The position numbers were made by a program, and so were the translations under genes. From the NCBI GenBank assembly GCA_963646285.1, contig CAVIWF010000063.1, positions 1 through 11,548 on the forward strand: 11,548 bases of DNA. Reading direction: 5' to 3'. This document shows positions 6,985 through 11,548 of the stretch, one piece after another; the first letter of the stretch is position 1, and each line of letters starts with the position of its first letter. The stretch is from a bacterium (GTDB lineage Bacteria; Bacillota; Clostridia; Christensenellales; Aristaeellaceae). The notes beneath the pieces are model-generated. The model was given only the letters and a program-made list of their open reading frames with translations, was not told where the DNA came from and ran no database searches.

Positions 6985-7203
6985 TTTTTGATCCCGAATC
7001 TTGTGCACTGCATAAAAAGAGGGCAGGGTGGGGTGCAATCTTTGCCGTGCCCAAGTGTATAATCTTTCTCATGGAAGTCCCTCCTGCGTGTTGGCTGTGT
7101 ATGCCTATTCTGCACGCTGGAGGGGTTTCCCTTTTTGCAGAAAAGAGCCGCCCCATACGAGACGACTCCCATCATCCGCAAGGCGCTTCCCGCACCCCGC
7201 CTA

Positions 7204-8631
7204 TCATTCTTCTTCCTTCATCTTCAGCCCGCAGAAGTCGGCCATGGTCTTGACCAGCCCCCGTGCCCGGGCAGAGGTGGGCATTTCGCAGAAGATCCGC
7301 AGCCGGGGTTCCGTGCCAGAGAAGCGGGCAATGAGCCAGCCGTCGGCAAAGCGAACCTTTACCCCGTCCATGTAGCTGACGGAGGTGATCTCCTCGCTGA
7401 ACTGGGGCAGCTTCTTGTCCACCATCAGCAGCTGCTGCAGCCGATCCTTCATGGCCTGGTCGAAGGGCCAGTCAAACTCCAGCATCACCAGGTGACCGTA
7501 CCGCTTGTACAGGTCTTCCACCAGTTCGCTCAGCTTCTTGCCGGTTACGGCCAGCATTTCCACCAGCAGGGCAGCGGCATAAATGCCATCCTTGCCCTGG
7601 ATGTGCCCCCGAACGGTCAGGCCGCCGCTGGATTCGCCGCCGATAACCGCTCCGTGCTCCTCCATGGCGGAAGAAATGTACTTGAAGCCCACCGGCACCT
7701 CGTAGCACTTTTCCCCGTAGGCTTCTGCCACCTTGTCCAGCAGGTGGGTGGTGGCCAGGTTCCGCACGGCGCAGCCGTGCCAGCCCTTGATGCGCAGCAG
7801 ATAGTCGTACAGCAGCACCAGAATCTCATTGGGATGAATGAACCGACCCTTGTCGTCAATAATGCCCAGCCGGTCCGCATCGCCGTCGGTGGCAATGCCG
7901 ATGTCTGCATGATTCTCCTGCACGGCAGCACGGAGAGCGCCCAGAGTTTCCACATTGGGGGCAGGCAGGCGGCCGCCGAACAGGGTGTCGTGCCGCTCGT
8001 GAATCACATCCACATCGCACCGGGCCGTCAGCAGAATGGTTTGCAGGCTGGTGCGGCTTACGCCGTACATGGGGTCAAGGATAATGCGCAGCCCCCGGCT
8101 GCGAATGGCATCCATGTTCACCGCACGGATGATGCTGTCCAGATAAGCGTTCTGGGGATTGATCTCTTCGATCAGCCCGGTTTCAATACCCTTGGCATAG
8201 GGCATGGGATGGAGCTCCTCTTCCTTAATGGCGTTGGCAGCGTCCCCGATTTCGTTGGTGACTTCCTCCACAGCGTCCCGGCCGCCCTTGGTGAACAGCT
8301 TGATGCCGTTGTACAGAGCAGGGTTGTGGCTGGCGGTGACTGCCATGCCGTAATAAAGACCATAATCCTTCACCGTGAACATGATCAGGGGAGTGGGGGC
8401 TTCCCGGTCAATCACCCGGGTGTGAATGCCCTCGCTGGCCATGATTTCGGCAACCCATTCCGTGGCTTCTCTGGAAAGGAAGCGGCGATCATACCCGATA
8501 ACAAACCCCCGGCCGTCGCACTCTTCCGCCTTCATCCGCCGTGCCACAGCCAGTGCCAGCCGCTGAATATTCACACGGATAAAGTCGTCACCAATGATTG
8601 CACGCCATCCGCCGGTACCAAAATGAATCAT
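7204..8631 (-). CDS. Alpha-D-phosphohexomutase (phosphoglucomutase/phosphomannomutase family)
   Basis: All four family motifs are present: 'GMAVTASHNP' (phosphoserine loop), 'ATDGDADRLG' (metal loop), 'IGGESSGG' (sugar loop) and 'RFSGTEPRLR' (phosphate loop). The N-terminus is 'FGTGGWRA'. The RBS GAGGAGG sits about 10 nt upstream of ATG 8631 on the minus strand. The gene runs convergent to gene 4. Confidence 0.9.
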   Translation of the reverse strand: MIHFGTGGWRAIIGDDFIRVNIQRLALAVARRMKAEECDGRGFVIGYDRRFLSREATEWVAEIMASEGIHTRVIDREAPTPLIMFTVKDYGLYYGMAVTASHNPALYNGIKLFTKGGRDAVEEVTNEIGDAANAIKEEELHPMPYAKGIETGLIEEINPQNAYLDSIIRAVNMDAIRSRGLRIILDPMYGVSRTSLQTILLTARCDVDVIHERHDTLFGGRLPAPNVETLGALRAAVQENHADIGIATDGDADRLGIIDDKGRFIHPNEILVLLYDYLLRIKGWHGCAVRNLATTHLLDKVAEAYGEKCYEVPVGFKYISSAMEEHGAVIGGESSGGLTVRGHIQGKDGIYAAALLVEMLAVTGKKLSELVEDLYKRYGHLVMLEFDWPFDQAMKDRLQQLLMVDKKLPQFSEEITSVSYMDGVKVRFADGWLIARFSGTEPRLRIFCEMPTSARARGLVKTMADFCGLKMKEEE

Positions 8632-8777
8632 CTTACATACCTCCTCAGCTTCCCGCCTCAGGCAGGTCGTATCTAATCTCTACACCTATGGAATTCTCCG
8701 TAATTCAGGCTATTCCTTCTTTCTGAAAAAATGTTTCGGAAGTTGTATTATTCTTGTATTAAATATGACTAACGCCC

Positions 8778-8806
8778 TTGCCATCCCGGCGGCATGTTGG
8801 TATACT
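8778..8806 (+). promoter_or_regulatory. Candidate sigma-70 promoter TTGCCA (8778-8783), 17 nt spacer, TGgTATACT (8798-8806) for the MBL-hydrolase gene
   Basis: Good -35/-10 hexamers and spacing. The predicted TSS falls essentially at the RBS, giving a very short leader, so confidence is modest. Confidence 0.3.
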
Positions 8807-8826
8807 ATGCTTGGAGGTGTCGTTTT

Positions 8827-9576
8827 ATGCTGCATCAAATCACTGAGCACTGTTATGCGCTTCCCTTCGATGAACGGACGGATCGCCCTTCCCTGGGATA
8901 CGTGCGGGGAGATCGCTTCACCCTGCTGGTGGATGGGGGCAACAGTCCTGACCATATGGCATTGATGCACCGTGCCCTGGATGAGAAGGGTCTGCCCCGG
9001 GAGCAGCTGGTTGCCGTGACCCACAGCCACTGGGATCATACCTATGGCCTGTGCGCAACGGATGCCCCGGTCATCGCCTGCCGAAAGGCGCAAAAGGCAC
9101 TCCTTGCCATGCAGCACTGGGCATGGACGCCGGAGGATATGCAGCATCGGCTGGATACCCGGGAGGATATTCTCTTCTGCCACGACTTTATCCTGAAGGA
9201 ATACGCTGATCCCACCGCCATTCGGGTTCGTGCTGCGGATATTGTGTTTGATGAATTTCTGGAGCTGGACCTGGGGGGCGTGCATGCCCGGCTCATGCGG
9301 CTGAACAACAGCCACTCCCATGACAGCGTGGTGGTCTTTATCCCGGAGGACGGGGTGGTGTACCTGGGGGACATTGCCTACAAGGATCTGCACCACCAGC
9401 CCCCCTGCTGGCATGCCAACCGCCGGGCAGATTTGATGGGTGCACTGGATCGGCTGGATTTCCAGTGGGCAGTGCCCGGCCACCATGGCACCTGCCAGCG
9501 GGATGCATTCTTCCGGGGCATGGAGGAGGAGTTCGCCCAGGATAAGGCGGCGGGCATTCCTGTGCTGCAAGACTGA
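8827..9576 (+). CDS. MBL-fold metallo-hydrolase
   Basis: ATG 8827 follows GGAGGTG (8813-8819). The metal-binding motif 'THSHWDH' (HxHxDH variant) is present, along with a downstream His ('NNSHSHD') and Asp 'YLGDIAY'. These are typical of metallo-beta-lactamase-fold hydrolases. Confidence 0.8.
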   Translation: MLHQITEHCYALPFDERTDRPSLGYVRGDRFTLLVDGGNSPDHMALMHRALDEKGLPREQLVAVTHSHWDHTYGLCATDAPVIACRKAQKALLAMQHWAWTPEDMQHRLDTREDILFCHDFILKEYADPTAIRVRAADIVFDEFLELDLGGVHARLMRLNNSHSHDSVVVFIPEDGVVYLGDIAYKDLHHQPPCWHANRRADLMGALDRLDFQWAVPGHHGTCQRDAFFRGMEEEFAQDKAAGIPVLQD

Positions 9577-9651
9577 ATCCATCAGTGCAAGGGAGCATTT
9601 TCCCTTGCGCTTTCGTTTATTATGTGGATAGTTTTCGTGGAGGTACGTTTC

Positions 9652-11397
9652 ATGAAACGATGGTATTGCTGCCTTTTTTTGGCAGTGCTTTTCCTGTTGC
9701 CCATGGGGTGCAGGGCGGAAACCGCCATTTACGCCTTTGCTGATGCCTGGCCGGAAGCCCTTGCTTCTGCCGTGGCGGATACCCCCTTGGCTGCCGCCCG
9801 GCCGGTGGAAGGCTACGTGGCTTTCCGGGATGGGGCAACTTCCCACGGGGCAGCCGTTGCCCGGGATGATACCGGGTACCTGCTGGCGGTGTTCCACAGG
9901 GAAGGGGAAAGGTGGCAGGCTGATTATTCCCGGCAGGCCCTTCGGCAGGATGCGCCGCCCCAGATGTGGAATCAGGCCCTTTCCGAGGAGTGGAGCAAGG
10001 CAGACATTGCCGCCTATGATGGATCGGATCAGTTCGATTTGATTTATGCCGATGTGCGGTACACCTGGCAGGCGGAGGGGGATACCTGGCGCCTGACCCG
10101 TGCCCTGCTGCCTGTGGCCAACGTGGTAGTGAATGATCACCAGCTGTACTGGAACGAAGAGACGGTCTTTTATCCCCAGGAAACCACCCTGTCCGGTTTT
10201 GCGGAGGAAACCTTTCCCCGCACCCTGCTGGCAGCCCAGACCAATGCGGCTGCATCCCAGGAACAGGATCCTTCCCGTGGGGTGACCACCGGGGCAGGGG
10301 TGGGCACGGACTTCCCGGTAACCCTGTACGCCGCCCCTTCCAGTGGCAGCACGGTGGTGGGCTACTATGCCGCCGGGGTGGAAGCCCAGGTGCTGGATCA
10401 GGGCAGCGGCTACGTGAAGCTGGAGATAGGTGGCACCTTCTCCGGCTGGACGGAGGAGACCCATTTCCTTGCCGGTGCTTCGGCGGATGGTGCCGCTGAC
10501 CTTGCTGGGGAAATCACCATTCCTTCCCCCTTGAACGGCAAGTATTGTTCCCTGCTGGATGCCCCCAAGGCGGATGCTTCCTCCATTGCCCTGCTGGGGG
10601 TGCTGTTTCAGGTGCGTGTGCTGGGCATTACGGCAGATGGGGCCTACCTGCACGTGGCGCTGGCGGACGGGCAGACAGGGTATTTGCCTGCATCCTCCGT
10701 TTCGGCAGGGGAGGTGTGGATCACCAGTGATGCCCGGGAAAACCGGCTGAACCTGCGTCAATCCCCTTCCACCAAAGCCCAGACCCTGGGGAAGTATTTC
10801 GGCGGCGTGAAGGCTCAGCGGCTGTACGCCCCTCCGGCGGACACGGCGTGGATGCGGGTCAGCATTTACGGCTACACAGGCTGGATGATGAGTTCCTTCC
10901 TGGATACGGATGCATCTTCCGTGCCGGACATGCTGCCCCCTCTGGCAGTGGTGGATCCTGAAAACGACAGCACCCTGAACCTGCGCCTGGAGCCGGATCA
11001 GAAGAGCGACGCTCTTGCCCAGTACCCTTCCGGCACAGTGGTGGAAATTCTGGGGGTGAACAGCAACTGGGCTCATGTGCGGGTGGTGGACGGCAGTACC
11101 GGCTTCATGCTGCTGAAGTATGTGGGGGGCGAGCCTGTGTCCGCCGTGAAGAACGCCTTCCCTCTGGCGCAGGAGACTACCCTGACCGATGCCTTCGGCA
11201 ATGAAAATGTGACCCTGCCTGCCGGAACCGGTGTGGCCTCGGCAGAGGGACGGCTGTGCGCCCAGTGGCGGTACGATATCAGCAGCGGCGGCATGGTTTT
11301 CGCCCTGCCGGAGCAGGTGGAGCTTCACGCCGCAGACGCATGGGGCTATGTGCTGACGGAAAACGCCCCTGACATGTGGGCAATGGATGAAGAGTAA
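9652..11397 (+). CDS. Secreted protein with an N-terminal signal peptide and about four bacterial SH3 (SH3b/SH3_3) domains
   Basis: ATG 9652 follows GGAGGT (9639-9644). 'MKRWYCCLFLAVLFLLPMGCRAE' is a signal peptide; the lipobox is non-canonical. The segments 'LNLRQSPSTKAQTLGKYFGG…WMRVSIYGYTGWM' and 'LNLRLEPDQKSDALAQYPSGTVVEILGVNSNWAHVRV…GFM' are SH3b-like. Confidence 0.8.
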   Translation: MKRWYCCLFLAVLFLLPMGCRAETAIYAFADAWPEALASAVADTPLAAARPVEGYVAFRDGATSHGAAVARDDTGYLLAVFHREGERWQADYSRQALRQDAPPQMWNQALSEEWSKADIAAYDGSDQFDLIYADVRYTWQAEGDTWRLTRALLPVANVVVNDHQLYWNEETVFYPQETTLSGFAEETFPRTLLAAQTNAAASQEQDPSRGVTTGAGVGTDFPVTLYAAPSSGSTVVGYYAAGVEAQVLDQGSGYVKLEIGGTFSGWTEETHFLAGASADGAADLAGEITIPSPLNGKYCSLLDAPKADASSIALLGVLFQVRVLGITADGAYLHVALADGQTGYLPASSVSAGEVWITSDARENRLNLRQSPSTKAQTLGKYFGGVKAQRLYAPPADTAWMRVSIYGYTGWMMSSFLDTDASSVPDMLPPLAVVDPENDSTLNLRLEPDQKSDALAQYPSGTVVEILGVNSNWAHVRVVDGSTGFMLLKYVGGEPVSAVKNAFPLAQETTLTDAFGNENVTLPAGTGVASAEGRLCAQWRYDISSGGMVFALPEQVELHAADAWGYVLTENAPDMWAMDEE

Positions 11398-11418
11398 AGA
11401 AGAATAAAGACAATGAAA

Positions 11419-11454
11419 AGGGCTGATGTGAAGAATCAATTTCACATCAGCCCT
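11419..11454. terminator. Perfect 14-bp stem hairpin (agggctgatgtgaa / ttcacatcagccct, 8-nt loop) 22 nt after the stop of the SH3b gene
   Basis: The stem was read directly from the sequence. The T-rich run lies on the minus-strand side (11396-11418 reads aagaagaataaagacaatgaaaa on +). So it looks like an intrinsic terminator oriented for leftward transcription, or a bidirectional one lacking a + strand U-tract. Confidence 0.4.
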
Positions 11455-11461
11455 CAGGGCA

Positions 11462-11490
11462 TCGACAAAGTGGCCTTGCCACTTTGTCGA
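11462..11490. other. Second perfect hairpin (tcgacaaagtggc / gccactttgtcga, 13 bp, 3-nt loop), followed by (CACT)3 and further GAACGG/CCGTTC stems up to the window edge
   Basis: Read directly. It forms a dense structured region of unknown function, possibly a REP-like element, an ncRNA, or stacked terminators. Confidence 0.4.
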
Positions 11491-11548
11491 GTTGTGCACT
11501 CACTCACTGGTCGAACGGTTTCACCGTTCTCCCGGCCGTTCGTTCGTG

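Noticed and set aside
7135-8676. 513-aa ORF on the + strand
   Set aside because: It is the antisense of the phosphohexomutase gene, which carries all four catalytic motifs. This is a shadow ORF in a high-GC region.
8632-8826. Promoter for the minus-strand phosphohexomutase in the divergent intergenic region
   Set aside because: Several weak -10-like hexamers (TAGATA, TAATAC) on the minus strand lack properly spaced -35 partners. The imperfect palindrome tctgaaaaaatgtttcgga is noted, but no call could be defended.
8710-11499. 929-aa ORF on the minus strand
   Set aside because: It is an antisense shadow of the MBL and SH3b genes, which have motifs and RBSs. Its translation is Gly/Pro/His/Arg-rich nonsense and it has no RBS.
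11454-11548. Possible minus-strand ORF entering from the right edge and stopping at 11454-11456
   Set aside because: The frame is open only about 30 codons. It is written across two perfect hairpins and a (CACT)3 repeat, so non-coding structured DNA is more likely. It cannot be resolved without sequence beyond the window.

Overview
High-GC window, probably from a Clostridia-type Firmicute; GC is judged by eye, not computed. Eight genes are well supported. The left two-thirds (about 323..6984, + strand) reads as one tightly packed four-gene operon. Gene 1 is an SPFH/band-7 (COG4260, flotillin-like) protein flanked by three N-terminal and three C-terminal zinc ribbons. Gene 2, starting 3 nt after gene 1, is a small 4-TM membrane protein. 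Gene 3 is a markedly AT-rich DUF2971-family gene. Gene 4's start overlaps gene 3's stop (ATGA) and encodes a 1116-aa single-pass membrane protein. Its cytoplasmic half is Zn-ribbon + TPR-like + TIR domain with the conserved catalytic Glu present. Its extracellular half has 4.6 near-identical 111-bp (37-aa) tandem repeats and a DUF6273-like C-terminal domain with the 'WWWLRSPG' motif. That gives an inside-out Toll-like-receptor topology. This TIR/SPFH/DUF2971 operon is the candidate novel system: membrane-associated TIR signalling or defence. I do not recognise it as any named system. The right third is ordinary: a convergent alpha-D-phosphohexomutase (PGM/PMM family) on the minus strand, an MBL-fold hydrolase, and a secreted multi-SH3b protein. 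Both ends of the window carry strong hairpins: a likely intrinsic terminator at 82..120, and 14-bp and 13-bp perfect stems at 11419..11490. Many long reverse-strand ORFs are antisense shadows of high-GC genes and are rejected.
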